A program made the position numbers and the translations under genes. This document shows positions 28,140 to 37,683 of a stretch of 64,000 nucleotides of DNA, one piece after another (position 1 is the stretch's first letter; each line of letters begins with the position of its first letter). A model generated the notes under the pieces. The model saw nothing but the letters and a program-made list of their open reading frames with translations. It made no database searches and had not been told where the DNA came from. The stretch is from Longimicrobiales bacterium (GTDB taxonomy: Bacteria; Gemmatimonadota; Gemmatimonadetes; Longimicrobiales; Gaopeijiaceae). The DNA lies in assembly GCA_041690395.1 (NCBI GenBank), contig JAWLHJ010000001.1, positions 576,001-640,000 of the forward strand, written 5' to 3'.

Positions 28140-28601
28140 ATGAGCATGCCAGCCGACCTGTCCAAGATCGTGGACCGTTTCAAGCGCGCACCGAAGGACC
28201 TGCGGGTGCAGGCGCTCCTCCAGTTCGCCAACAAGGTGCCGGAGCTCCCGCCCGAGCTCGCCGGCGACCGCTCCGCGCTCGAGCAGGTACACGAGTGCCA
28301 GACGCCGTTCTTCCTCGCCACGCGTGTCGACGACGACGGCTCCGTCCATCTCTTCTTCGACGCACCCGCCGAGAGCCCGACCGTGCGTGGCTTCGCCGGT
28401 ATCTTGCGTGAGGGCCTGGAAGGCGCCGGATGGCGTGAGGTGCTCGACGTGCCGTCCGACTTCTACGCGGAGATGGGGCTGGGTGACGTGGTATCTCCCA
28501 TGCGGCTCAGGGGTATGAGCGCCATCCTGAATCGCCTCAAGCGCCAGATCCGCGAGCAGGTGGAGGCAGACGGCGCGGCGCCCGCAGGGGCGGGAGCTTG
28601 A
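28140..28601 (+). CDS. sufE: SufE-family sulfur acceptor protein
   Basis: VHECQTPFFL (acceptor Cys), ESPTVRGFA and SPMRLRGM. Confidence 0.88.
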   Translation: MSMPADLSKIVDRFKRAPKDLRVQALLQFANKVPELPPELAGDRSALEQVHECQTPFFLATRVDDDGSVHLFFDAPAESPTVRGFAGILREGLEGAGWREVLDVPSDFYAEMGLGDVVSPMRLRGMSAILNRLKRQIREQVEADGAAPAGAGA

Positions 28602-28651
28602 GGGCCAAAGCAGTTACATCGGACCATCGGATTCGAAGGGGAAGGAGACGC

Positions 28652-29803
28652 ATGCCTGGATTCACTCGCTCTTCCGGACGGCTGTCCGCGGTTCTCTCGC
28701 TGGTGCTCGTCGCGTGCGGGGCGCCCGTGGCCGGCACGGGGGCCCAGACGACGGCCCCCGGCGGCCAGCGCTCCACGACCGGGACGCCCGCGGCCCAGGA
28801 GGGTCCCTACCTCTACGTCTGCGTGCAGGACGAGGCCCGCGTCGCCATCATCGACGTGGAGAGCCTCGAGGTCGTGCGCAGCGTCGATCTCACCGCTCTC
28901 GGCTTCTCCCGTACCGCGAATCCTCATCACGTGGCTGTCGAGCCCGGCGGCGAGCGCTGGTACGTGTCGCTCATCGGCGAGAACCGGGTGGCGCGCTTCG
29001 ACCGGGCCGGCGACCTGCTCGGCACGTTCGAGATGTCGACGCCCGGGATGCTCAGCTTCGATGCGGGATCCGGCGTGCTCATGGCGAGTCGCTCGATGAG
29101 CGCGGTGAACCCTCCGACCCGGGTCGGCTGGGTGGACACGCGGACCATGGAGGGAGAGGAGATCGACGTCTTCCTGCCCCGTCCGCACCCGATGGCGCTG
29201 TCCCCCGATGGGCGCTGGGCCTACACCGGGAGCCTGGGTGTCAACCAGATCGCGGCCATCGACCTCGAGACCGAAGACGTGACGCTCACCGACCTCGAGG
29301 GGCCGCCGCACGCGCTCGTCCAGTTCGACATCTCGGACGACGGACGGACCATGGTCGCCGCCACGGAGCTGTCCGGCCGACTGCTGGCCTTCGACCTGTC
29401 CGATCCGGCCCATCCACGGCAGGTCGCGTCGCTCGAGCTCGGTCCGATGGTGTTCGACCCGGTCTTCGGGCCGGGCGGTACCACCGTCTGGGTGCCGGTT
29501 AAGGGCGCCAACGAGGTTGCCATCGTCCGGACCTCCGACTGGACGGTCGAGCGTCGCCTGGCGTTCGAGAGCTTCCGCCAGCCGCATCAGGTGGTCTTCA
29601 GTGCAGACGGCACGAGGGCATTCGTGTCCAGCAACAACAAGGCCGACCACATGTCCGGGATGGCCGATCACGCCGGTCACGCCGGGATGGAGTCCGACAC
29701 CATGAACGGGAACGTCACGGTGATCGACGTGCGGAGCTACGAGGTCGCCGAGGTGATCGAGCTCGGGCGGAACGTCACGGGGATGGGGATCGCGGGCGGC
29801 TGA
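28652..29803 (+). CDS. YncE/YVTN-type beta-propeller, exported (possible lipoprotein)
   Basis: AAGGAG RBS, LVAC lipobox-like sequence, and blade repeats (PHHVAVEPGG, PHPMALSPDG, PHQVVFSADG). Confidence 0.85.
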   Translation: MPGFTRSSGRLSAVLSLVLVACGAPVAGTGAQTTAPGGQRSTTGTPAAQEGPYLYVCVQDEARVAIIDVESLEVVRSVDLTALGFSRTANPHHVAVEPGGERWYVSLIGENRVARFDRAGDLLGTFEMSTPGMLSFDAGSGVLMASRSMSAVNPPTRVGWVDTRTMEGEEIDVFLPRPHPMALSPDGRWAYTGSLGVNQIAAIDLETEDVTLTDLEGPPHALVQFDISDDGRTMVAATELSGRLLAFDLSDPAHPRQVASLELGPMVFDPVFGPGGTTVWVPVKGANEVAIVRTSDWTVERRLAFESFRQPHQVVFSADGTRAFVSSNNKADHMSGMADHAGHAGMESDTMNGNVTVIDVRSYEVAEVIELGRNVTGMGIAGG

Positions 29804-29836
29804 TTCGGCCCGCCATCCCGCCCGACGAGGGACCTG

Positions 29837-31450
29837 CTACGCGCTCGCCTTCGCCCCCCGCCGCGGCTGCACGTCGTGGAAGACCAGGTCCTTCTCCTGC
29901 TCGACCGTCCGCTTCAACGCCCACTCGGTATCGAAGAGGATGAGCGGGTTCCCGTCGGCGTCCTCGACCTCACGGCGTCCATAGAGGGACGCTACCTTCC
30001 GGATGGTCGCCTCCGGCCCGGTGACCCAGCGCGCGCAGTGGAAGGGAAGGGGCTCGAGGCGGATCTCGACGTTGTACTCGCGCTCCAGCCGGTCGATGAG
30101 CACGTCGAACTGGAGCCGTCCCACCGCGCCCACGATCGGGACAGGGCCGGTGATGGACGGGGCGAACAGGAGCAGGATCGTGCCCTCTTCGGCGAGGTGC
30201 CGGAGGCCCCGGTCGAGGTGCTTGCGTCGGAGCGCGTCTTCCATGCGCACCTGCGCGAACAGCTCCGGCGAGAAGCGCGGAACCCCGGGGTATTCGAGCC
30301 CTTCCTCGATCGCCACGGTGTCCCCGACGCGGAGGCTGCCACGGTCGTGGAGCCCGACGACGTCGCCGGCGACCGCGTCTTCACTGTGGGTCCGCTCGCG
30401 CGCCATGAACTCCTGGGGCTGCGCCAGGCGTAGCGTCTTTCCGGTACGGGCGACGATCGCCTCTTCGCCCGGCTCGAAGCGGCCAGAGCATATGCGGACG
30501 AACGCGATCCGGTCACGGTGCCGGAGGTCCATGTTCGCCTGGACCTTGAACACGAAGCCGGAGAACGGATGCGCGGCCGGGTCGATCGGTCCGTCCTGGC
30601 TCTGGCGCGCGGTCGGTGGCGGTGCGCTCGCGAGGAACCGCTCCAGGAAGACGTCCACCCCGTAGTTGGTCAGCGCGCTCCCGAAGTAGACCGGGGTCGC
30701 TTCGCCGGTGGCGACGGCGTCGAAGTCCATGGGGGCGCCGGCCACCTCGATCAGCTCGACCTCCTCACGCAGACGGGCCGCTCCATCCTCCCCGATCGCG
30801 TCGATCAGCTCCGGTCCGTCCAGGGCGACACGCCGGGCCTCGGGCCTCGACTGCCCGTGATCGTCCGTCTTCGAGTAGAGGATCACGTCGCCCTCGAGCC
30901 GGTCGTAGACGCCCACGAGCCGACCCGCCTGCCGTACCGGCCAGGTCGCGACGAAGCAGCGGATCCCCAGCTCCGCCTCGACGTCGTCGAGGAGGCCCAG
31001 CGGGTCCTCGCCGACACGGTCGCACTTGTTCACGAAGGTGAAGATCGGGAGTCGCCGCCGCTTGCAGACGCTGAACAGCTTCTCGGTCTGCGTCTCCACG
31101 CCCTTCCGGTTGTCGAGCAGCATGATCGCGCTGTCTGCCGCCGTCAGCGCGCGGTACGTGTCTTCCGAGAAGTCCTGGTGGCCCGGGGTGTCGAGCAGGT
31201 TGATGCGGAAGCCGCGGTAGTCGAAGTGGAGCACGCTCGCGGTGATCGAGATGCCGCGTTCCTGTTCCATGTCGAGCCAGTCGGAGGTCGCGTGCCTGGC
31301 CGCACGGCGACTCTTCACGGAGCCGGCCGCGTGGATGGCCCCGCCGTAGAGGAGGAGCTTCTCCGTGAGCGTCGTCTTACCCGCGTCGGGGTGGCTGATG
31401 ATCGCGAACGTGCGTCGCCGGGCGATCTCTTCGGCGAGGGATTTCGTCAT
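29837..31450 (-). CDS. prfC: Peptide chain release factor 3
   Basis: RRTFAIISHPDAGKTTLTEKLLL, LLDTPGHQDFSEDTYR and FVFKVQANMD. Confidence 0.96.
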   Translation of the reverse strand: MTKSLAEEIARRRTFAIISHPDAGKTTLTEKLLLYGGAIHAAGSVKSRRAARHATSDWLDMEQERGISITASVLHFDYRGFRINLLDTPGHQDFSEDTYRALTAADSAIMLLDNRKGVETQTEKLFSVCKRRRLPIFTFVNKCDRVGEDPLGLLDDVEAELGIRCFVATWPVRQAGRLVGVYDRLEGDVILYSKTDDHGQSRPEARRVALDGPELIDAIGEDGAARLREEVELIEVAGAPMDFDAVATGEATPVYFGSALTNYGVDVFLERFLASAPPPTARQSQDGPIDPAAHPFSGFVFKVQANMDLRHRDRIAFVRICSGRFEPGEEAIVARTGKTLRLAQPQEFMARERTHSEDAVAGDVVGLHDRGSLRVGDTVAIEEGLEYPGVPRFSPELFAQVRMEDALRRKHLDRGLRHLAEEGTILLLFAPSITGPVPIVGAVGRLQFDVLIDRLEREYNVEIRLEPLPFHCARWVTGPEATIRKVASLYGRREVEDADGNPLILFDTEWALKRTVEQEKDLVFHDVQPRRGAKASA

Positions 31451-31555
31451 GAAAGCGTGTATGCAAAGGGGCCGATCTGAACATCCCGGCCTCTCCGGGG
31501 TCGTACCAGGCCTGAGATCATGAAGGTAGCATTCAAGCGATAAGACAGGAGACCC

Positions 31556-31990
31556 ATGCTCATGTCCGAGGCCAAGCAAGGCGACACCGTGCACGTTCAC
31601 TACACCGGCCGCCTCGCGGACGGTACCACGTTCGACTCCTCCAAGGACCGCGATCCGCTCGAGCTCACGCTCGGCCAGGGCGCGGTGATTCCCGGCTTCG
31701 AGAAGGCGATCGAGGGGATGACCGTCGGTGACCAGAAGACCGCGAAGATCCCGGTGGACGAAGCGTACGGGCCGCGCCGTGACGAGCTGGTCATGGACGT
31801 GCCGCGCACCCAGCTGCCCGACGGCATGGATCCGAAGCCCGGTGAGCAGCTGCGCATGCAGACGCCCGACGGTCAGGCCGTTCCGGTGGTCGTGGCCGAC
31901 ACGAGCGACGAGGCGGTGAAGATCGACGCCAACCATCCGTTGGCGGGGAAGGATCTGACCTTCGACCTCCTCCTGGTCAAGATCGCTTGA
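31556..31990 (+). CDS. slyD: FKBP-type peptidyl-prolyl isomerase (SlyD/SlpA-like, no His-rich tail)
   Basis: VHYTGRLADGTTFDSS, VIPGFE, AYG and DANHPLAGKDLTF. AGGAG RBS. Confidence 0.9.
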   Translation: MLMSEAKQGDTVHVHYTGRLADGTTFDSSKDRDPLELTLGQGAVIPGFEKAIEGMTVGDQKTAKIPVDEAYGPRRDELVMDVPRTQLPDGMDPKPGEQLRMQTPDGQAVPVVVADTSDEAVKIDANHPLAGKDLTFDLLLVKIA

Positions 31991-32031
31991 CCGGATGAGA
32001 CGCGGTCGCCTCCCGCGACGCGAGGGGTGAC

Positions 32032-32076
32032 CGGGCGGGTTCGGCGAGTGTGCCGGACCCGCCCGTTTCTCTTTCT
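32032..32076 (+). terminator. Intrinsic terminator after slyD
   Basis: CGGGCGGGTTCGGCG-AGTG-TGCCGGACCCGCCCG followed by TTTCTCTTTCT. Confidence 0.75.
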
Positions 32077-32116
32077 CGGCCTTGACGGAGCCCGCTCCGT
32101 CGGCGATCAGTCCACG

Positions 32117-32881
32117 ATGACCCACCAACGAACCTGGGGCGAAGTGGACCTCGCGCCCGACGATCCGGTCGACCTCACGCTCGGGTCGCTTCGCTTGCGC
32201 ATGAAGCGGCGCGGCAGTGAGATCTGGCTACTGACCGAGCGGGACGACCGGGCCCGCGACACCGACGGCGAGTGGCAGCGCTGGGCCGTGCCGGAAGACG
32301 TCATCGTGCGTATGCGTCCGGCCCTTCCCGAGCGGCTCCTCGTCGTCTCCCACGAGCTCCCGTTCCACCTTCCCGGGCACGGTGAGGCGGATGTGTATGT
32401 CCGGATTCCCCTGTTCGTGCAGGTCGTGGTGAGCGGCGCGAGGATGGGCGAGCTGGTCGTGCTCGACGAACCGAGCTTCGTCCTTTCGGACACATGGTGG
32501 GGAACCGTCGCGGAGGGCGAGCTGGCCTACTGGCTGGAGACCAAGGCCCGGGCCGAGATCTCGCCCGACCTGTTCGTCCCCCACATCGCCATGTGCCCGA
32601 TCCACCTCGAGAACGGGTCGGACCATCCGCTCCCGGTCGACCGGTTCGCCGTGCGCGCGCTCCACCTGTCGCTGTTCGAGCACGACGGTCGGGTCTGGAC
32701 GGACGATGTCCGGGTGCGCTACATGGCCTCGACCGAGGGGAGTGAGATCCGCTTCGGCGGCGAGGCGCCCGAGGAGGAGCCGTCGGGAAGACGGCTGGCC
32801 GACCCGAGGGTGGCGATCCGGAGGGGACTCCAGGCCCGGACCTTCGACCGTCTCCGCTCCCTCTCGGTGCTGGGCGGGTGA
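32117..32881 (+). CDS. DUF432-like protein
   Basis: RPALPERLLVV, VYVRIPL and LSDTWWG..EGELAY. Lies directly upstream of mscS. Confidence 0.65.
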   Translation: MTHQRTWGEVDLAPDDPVDLTLGSLRLRMKRRGSEIWLLTERDDRARDTDGEWQRWAVPEDVIVRMRPALPERLLVVSHELPFHLPGHGEADVYVRIPLFVQVVVSGARMGELVVLDEPSFVLSDTWWGTVAEGELAYWLETKARAEISPDLFVPHIAMCPIHLENGSDHPLPVDRFAVRALHLSLFEHDGRVWTDDVRVRYMASTEGSEIRFGGEAPEEEPSGRRLADPRVAIRRGLQARTFDRLRSLSVLGG

Positions 32882-32885
32882 AGCG

Positions 32886-33782
32886 ATGATCCTCCAGGAC
32901 ACGATCGCAGTCGCTCCAGAGACGGCCACGAACATCCTGGGCGCTCTGCCGCTGGGTACGGCCCTCCGCGCCGTCGTGATGGTGCTCGTCGGTATGCCGC
33001 TCGTCTTCCTGGCGAGCCGGGGCACGCGCGCCTGGATGACGGGGCGCGTCCACGCCCAGGCCGGACTCGTCACCGGCAAGCTCATGCTCTACGGCGGACT
33101 CCTGATCGTCGTGGTGTCGACGCTCCGGGAGCTCGGGTTCAGCCTGGCGCCTCTGCTCGGAGCCGCAGGCGTGCTCGGGATCGCGCTCGGCTTCGCGTCG
33201 CAGACCAGTATCTCGAACGTCATCAGTGGGCTCTTCCTCATCGCCGAGCGTCCCTTCGTCGTGGACGACCTCATCGAGGTCGGCGGTGTCACGGGCCGCG
33301 TCGTCTCCATCGACACGCTCAGCGTCCAGCTTCGCACCTTCGACAACCGGATGGTGCGCATACCCAACGAGACGTTGGTGAAGAGCCAGATGATCAACAT
33401 CACGCGCTTCCCGATCCGTCGGGTGGACGTGCGGATCGGGGTCGCCTACAAGGAAGACGCGGCCCGCATCCGGGCGCTCCTGCTCGATATCGCCGAGCGG
33501 AACCCGACGTGCCTCATGGAGCCCGAGCCGGTGGTGGTCTTCGAGGGATTCGGGGAGTCGTCGCTGAACTTCCTCTTCGGCGTCTGGGCCACGCAGGCGA
33601 ACTTCCTGAAGCTCAAGAACGGTATCCAGGAGGACATCAAGGCCCGCTTCGACGCCGAGGGCGTGGAGATCCCGTTCCCCCATAGGACGCTCTACGTGGG
33701 GAGCACGACCGACGCCTTCCCCGTGCGGGTCGTGGGCGCCGAGGGTGAAGCTACGCCGCCCGCCCCCGACTCAGCACCATGA
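32886..33782 (+). CDS. mscS: Small-conductance mechanosensitive channel (MscS family)
   Basis: LLGAAGVLGIALGFASQ, NVISG, RTFDN..VRIPN and GVEIPFP. Confidence 0.92.
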   Translation: MILQDTIAVAPETATNILGALPLGTALRAVVMVLVGMPLVFLASRGTRAWMTGRVHAQAGLVTGKLMLYGGLLIVVVSTLRELGFSLAPLLGAAGVLGIALGFASQTSISNVISGLFLIAERPFVVDDLIEVGGVTGRVVSIDTLSVQLRTFDNRMVRIPNETLVKSQMINITRFPIRRVDVRIGVAYKEDAARIRALLLDIAERNPTCLMEPEPVVVFEGFGESSLNFLFGVWATQANFLKLKNGIQEDIKARFDAEGVEIPFPHRTLYVGSTTDAFPVRVVGAEGEATPPAPDSAP

Positions 33783-35709
33783 GTTGATAGGGCTCCAGCA
33801 CCAATTCCTTCGTGGCGGTCACGGTCCGGCCGGCGTAGAGATCGACGGCGGTCTTGCGGAGGCCCATCTGGCGCAGCCTGCGCGCTTCGACCGCCTGCGG
33901 TCGCTCGGTGAAGTTGGCCAGCACGAAGATCATCCGGTCCTCGTGGCTCCGGATGAAGCCGAAGACGTGTGGGGTCCCGGTGTCCGTGATCTCCGTGTCG
34001 GCCTCCCCGAACGCGGCGTGGCTCTTGCGTAACCTGAGGAGGCGGAGGAGGCCGTGATAGACCCGTCCCGGGACGGAGTCGGGGTCGTGCCGTAGCTGGG
34101 CGCGCTCCGGATCGAACACGGGGCGGTGGAGCCAACGCGAGTCGCCCGTCATCTCGGGCTCCTCGTGGTAGCCGTAGTCGTTCAGCGCAGCGATCTCGTC
34201 CCCGAGGTAGAGCAGGGGGATCCCCCCGATCGTGGCGGCCACACCGTGGATCAGGAGGATGCGCCGGACCGCGAGATCGAGCGCCCCCTCGTCGCCGTCC
34301 TCCAGCGCGCGCTCCACGCCGCACAGGGAGGCGCACGTGCCCGAGACACGGGCCAGCCCGGTGACGGGGTCGGGTTGGAACGGCTCCCCGCGCGCGAAGC
34401 TCCCCTCGAACCGGCCGGTGTAGAAATCGGTCAGGAAGGCCCGGTGCGCCGCCGGATCGAACCCGCTGTCCTGCACCTCCTCGTCCGCGAACGCCCACCC
34501 GATGTCGTCGTGCCCCCGGACGTAGTTGAGCCAGGTGCAGCCCTCGGGGAGCTTGAACCGGCGCGTCATCGACGACCGGAGCACCCGGACGTCACGGGTG
34601 GCCATCGCCTCCCAGAGGAGGGCCATGAGCTGTGGGTTGTACGAGAGGGGACACTCGTCCACGCTCACGTACTTCCGCACCTCGTCCGGGTGCACGATGG
34701 CTTCCGAGAGCAGGGTCATGGCTGGGGCCGCGATCGCCGCGACCGCGTTGAAGGCGCCGATGATCCGGTGCGCTTCCGGCAGGTTCTGGCAGTTGGTCCC
34801 GAGCCGCTTCCAGAGGAAGGCGACGGCGTCGAGGCGAAGCACCTCAACGCCCTGGTTGGCCAGGAACAGCATCTCCTCGACCATCCGGTTGAAGACCACC
34901 GGATTCTCGTAGTTCAGGTCCCATTGGTAGGTGTGGAACGTCGTCCACACCCACTTGCGGATCTCGGAGCGGTAGGTGAACGCTCCCGGGTGGTCGTCGG
35001 TGAAGACTTCGGGCATGCTACGCTCGAACGCGTCGGGCATCTCGCGGTCGGGGTACATGCGATAGTAGGCCTGATGCTCCGCGTCTCCGTCGAGCGCGCG
35101 CTCCGCCCAATCGTGCTCGTCGGACGTGTGGTTGAACACGAAGTCGAGCGTGAGCGAGATCCCCCGATGGCGCAGCTCCGTGGCGAGCTCCGCCAGCTCG
35201 TCCATGGATCCCAGGGCGGGGTCGACGCGCCGGTAGCTCCTCACGGCGTAGCCGCCGTCGTCGTCCCCTTCGGGTGGCTCGAAGAGCGGCATGAGGTGCA
35301 GGCACGTGACGCCGAGCTCGGACAGGTAGGGCACGCGCTCGCGAAGCCCGTCGAGGGTGCCCGCGAACCGGTCGACGTAGCAGGACGCGCCGACCATCTG
35401 GTTCGACTGGTACCAGTGGGGGTCCGCGGCCCGTGTCCCGTCGAGCGCCTTCAGCTCGTCGGAGCGCTCGAGCCACATCTCGGTGGCCGAGACCAGGATG
35501 CTCTCGAGGTGGTAGAAGAAGTCGTAGTGGTGTCCGTAGAGCGCGTGGAGCTGGGTGAAGAGCCGCGGGAAGTGTCTCCGCATGCGTTCCACGTAGGCCT
35601 CCCACTCCGCCGGGTCGGCGTCGGCCGCGAAGCGCGCCTCGATCCTCGGCATGAGGCGCGCGAGCGAGGAGGCGCTGTGCTCCTGGAGCCAGTGCGGGTG
35701 GAGATCCAT
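33751..35709 (-). CDS. Amylosucrase/sucrose hydrolase-like GH13 enzyme
   Basis: YVDRFAG, LHLMP, DGGYAV, DFVFNHTS, RLDAVAFLWK, SEAIVHP, YVRGHDDIGW and DSRWLHRP. Confidence 0.88.
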   Translation of the reverse strand: MDLHPHWLQEHSASSLARLMPRIEARFAADADPAEWEAYVERMRRHFPRLFTQLHALYGHHYDFFYHLESILVSATEMWLERSDELKALDGTRAADPHWYQSNQMVGASCYVDRFAGTLDGLRERVPYLSELGVTCLHLMPLFEPPEGDDDGGYAVRSYRRVDPALGSMDELAELATELRHRGISLTLDFVFNHTSDEHDWAERALDGDAEHQAYYRMYPDREMPDAFERSMPEVFTDDHPGAFTYRSEIRKWVWTTFHTYQWDLNYENPVVFNRMVEEMLFLANQGVEVLRLDAVAFLWKRLGTNCQNLPEAHRIIGAFNAVAAIAAPAMTLLSEAIVHPDEVRKYVSVDECPLSYNPQLMALLWEAMATRDVRVLRSSMTRRFKLPEGCTWLNYVRGHDDIGWAFADEEVQDSGFDPAAHRAFLTDFYTGRFEGSFARGEPFQPDPVTGLARVSGTCASLCGVERALEDGDEGALDLAVRRILLIHGVAATIGGIPLLYLGDEIAALNDYGYHEEPEMTGDSRWLHRPVFDPERAQLRHDPDSVPGRVYHGLLRLLRLRKSHAAFGEADTEITDTGTPHVFGFIRSHEDRMIFVLANFTERPQAVEARRLRQMGLRKTAVDLYAGRTVTATKELVLEPYQLMVLSRGRAA

Positions 35710-35762
35710 GGTCGCTGCGGGAGGGCGCGGGTGCGGGAGGGTGCGGGTGACGGACGTGAGGG

Positions 35763-36263
35763 TCAGCGGTAGTTGCCGAACATCAGCTCGACGCCGTAGT
35801 CGCCCTTCTTCACCAGGGCGATCACGTCCTGGAGCACGTCCCGGGAGGCCGATGTCACGCGCAGCTCCTCACCCTGGATCTGCACCTGGACCTTCTTCAA
35901 GCCGGAGTCACGGATGTCCTTGGAGATGCGCTTGGCGGTCTCCTGATCGATGCCCTGCTTGAGCGTAACCGTCTGGCGGGCCCGGCCCAGCGTCCCGACC
36001 TCGACCTTTCCGAGGTCGATGTTCTTCAACGGAACGTTCCGCCGGCTGAGCTTCTCCCTCAGGACGCCCAGCACGGCCTGCAGGCGGTACTCGTCGTCGG
36101 CGTCGAGCTTCACGGCACCGGCATCCCGGTCGAGCTCGACGGTGCAGCTCGTACCCTTGAAGTCGTAGCGCGTCTGGATCTCCTTCATCGTCTGGTTGAC
36201 GGCGTTGTCGACTTCCTGGAGGTCGACGGATGTCGAGATGTCGAAGGACTGGTTCTTGGCCAT
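35763..36263 (-). CDS. yajQ: YajQ nucleotide/c-di-GMP-binding protein
   Basis: SFDIS..DLQEVDNAVNQ, RYDFKG, QIQGEELRVT and FGNYR. Confidence 0.95.
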   Translation of the reverse strand: MAKNQSFDISTSVDLQEVDNAVNQTMKEIQTRYDFKGTSCTVELDRDAGAVKLDADDEYRLQAVLGVLREKLSRRNVPLKNIDLGKVEVGTLGRARQTVTLKQGIDQETAKRISKDIRDSGLKKVQVQIQGEELRVTSASRDVLQDVIALVKKGDYGVELMFGNYR

Positions 36264-36303
36264 GACGGAGCAGGGGCTGGGGTTTCCGGGGCGCGGAAGA
36301 TAA

Positions 36304-36528
36304 TCAGCTTGGCTGGACGGTGCGAAGCCGGTCGAGCCGGATCTCGGTGCCGTCGTCCAGCCGCAGGTATTCCGCACCGTCGCGAGCGAAGACGTCGACG
36401 ATGCGCCCCGATGCGGAGCGCTCCGAGCCGTCGGGGGCAACGAAGCGCACGTCGCAGACGCTTCCGAGCGTCGCATAGGACTCGAGACGGTCGTGCACGC
36501 CGCAGTCGATCGGCTGGTAGTCGGTCAT
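36304..36528 (-). CDS. rof: Rho-binding antiterminator Rof (YaeO), 74 aa
   Basis: MTDYQPIDCGVHDRLE..AEYL..EIRLDRL matches the Rof pattern YQPInC..hD.LE / EY / iRLD.i. ATGA overlap with the ABC ATPase stop. Confidence 0.85.
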   Translation of the reverse strand: MTDYQPIDCGVHDRLESYATLGSVCDVRFVAPDGSERSASGRIVDVFARDGAEYLRLDDGTEIRLDRLRTVQPS

Positions 36529-37676
36529 GGGTCGTGAACGCTGCGCCCCTGCTGGTCGAAGAGGTACAACGCGGTTGGGGGAAAGCGTAAGGCCACGCGC
36601 CCGCCGAGCGGCGGCGGCCGGCGGCCGCGATCCACTCGGGCGGCGAGCAGCCCGGGGCTGGCCGAGTCGGCCGAACGCGTAACGTCGACGGTCTTGAAGC
36701 CCATGCTCACGTGGAGCACGCGCTCGCTGCCGAGCTCCTCGACCGCTTCGATCGTACCCGGTACCCCGACCTGATCGTTCCCGGCGAGCTCGACGTCCTC
36801 GGGACGTATGCCGACGACGACGGCGGACCCGGGGGTGAGACGCCCGGCCCTGCTCTTCGCCCCGATCTCGACCGGCATCGGTCTCTCGAGGCCCGGGAGG
36901 TTCACCGCGACGGACCCGTCGCCGGACCGTGCCGCCACCTCGGCTTCGAAGAGATTCATGCCGGGCTGCCCCAGGAACGCCGCCACGAAGGTGTTCGCAG
37001 GGCGCTCGTAAAGCTTTTGCCCGGAGGCGCACTGCTGGATCCGGCCGTCCCGCATCACGGCCACGCGGTCGCCCAGGCTCAGCGCCTCGACCTGGTCGTG
37101 GGTCACGTGTACGGTCGTCACCAGGAGCTTCCGCTGGATGCGGCGGACCTCCTCGCGTACGTGGGTCCGCAGCCGAGCATCCAGGTTGGACAGCGGCTCG
37201 TCGAGGAGGAAGGCCGCGGGATGGCGGACGAGTGCCCGGCCCATGGCCACCCGTTGCTGCTGACCGCCCGAGAGCGCGCCGGGGCGCGCGTCCAGCAGGT
37301 CCTCGAGCTCGAGCAGCGCCGCGATCTCCTCGACCCGTCTGCGGCGCTCGTCACGGGCGACGCCGCGCATCCGGAGCGGGAAGTCGATGTTGCCGCGCAC
37401 GGTCATGTGCCCGTAGAGCGCGTAGTTCTGGAAGACCATCGCCACGTCCCGCCGGTCCGGTGGCTCCTGGTTCACGCACCGATCGCCGAGGTGGATCGTG
37501 CCGCTGGAGAGCGGCTCCAGGCCGGCGATCAGCCTGAGCACCGTGGATTTGCCGCACCCCGACGGTCCGAGCAGGACCACCAGCTCCCCGTCTCCGACGG
37601 TGAGGCTCAGATCCCGGACGGCGTGGGTCCCGTCCGGATAGATCTTGTCGATGCCTTTCAGGGTTATGCTGGCCAT
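36525..37676 (-). CDS. Sugar ABC transporter ATP-binding protein (MalK/UgpC family)
   Basis: GPSGCGKST, LSGGQQQRVAMGR, LDEPLSNLD, VTHDQVEA and a TOBE-type tail. Confidence 0.95.
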   Translation of the reverse strand: MASITLKGIDKIYPDGTHAVRDLSLTVGDGELVVLLGPSGCGKSTVLRLIAGLEPLSSGTIHLGDRCVNQEPPDRRDVAMVFQNYALYGHMTVRGNIDFPLRMRGVARDERRRRVEEIAALLELEDLLDARPGALSGGQQQRVAMGRALVRHPAAFLLDEPLSNLDARLRTHVREEVRRIQRKLLVTTVHVTHDQVEALSLGDRVAVMRDGRIQQCASGQKLYERPANTFVAAFLGQPGMNLFEAEVAARSGDGSVAVNLPGLERPMPVEIGAKSRAGRLTPGSAVVVGIRPEDVELAGNDQVGVPGTIEAVEELGSERVLHVSMGFKTVDVTRSADSASPGLLAARVDRGRRPPPLGGRVALRFPPTALYLFDQQGRSVHDP

Positions 37677-37683
37677 GTCGTCT

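Noticed and set aside
29837..32128. 763-aa ORF suggesting an N-terminally extended RF3
   Set aside because: The extension is the antisense of slyD. RF3 homology begins at the ATG at 31450.
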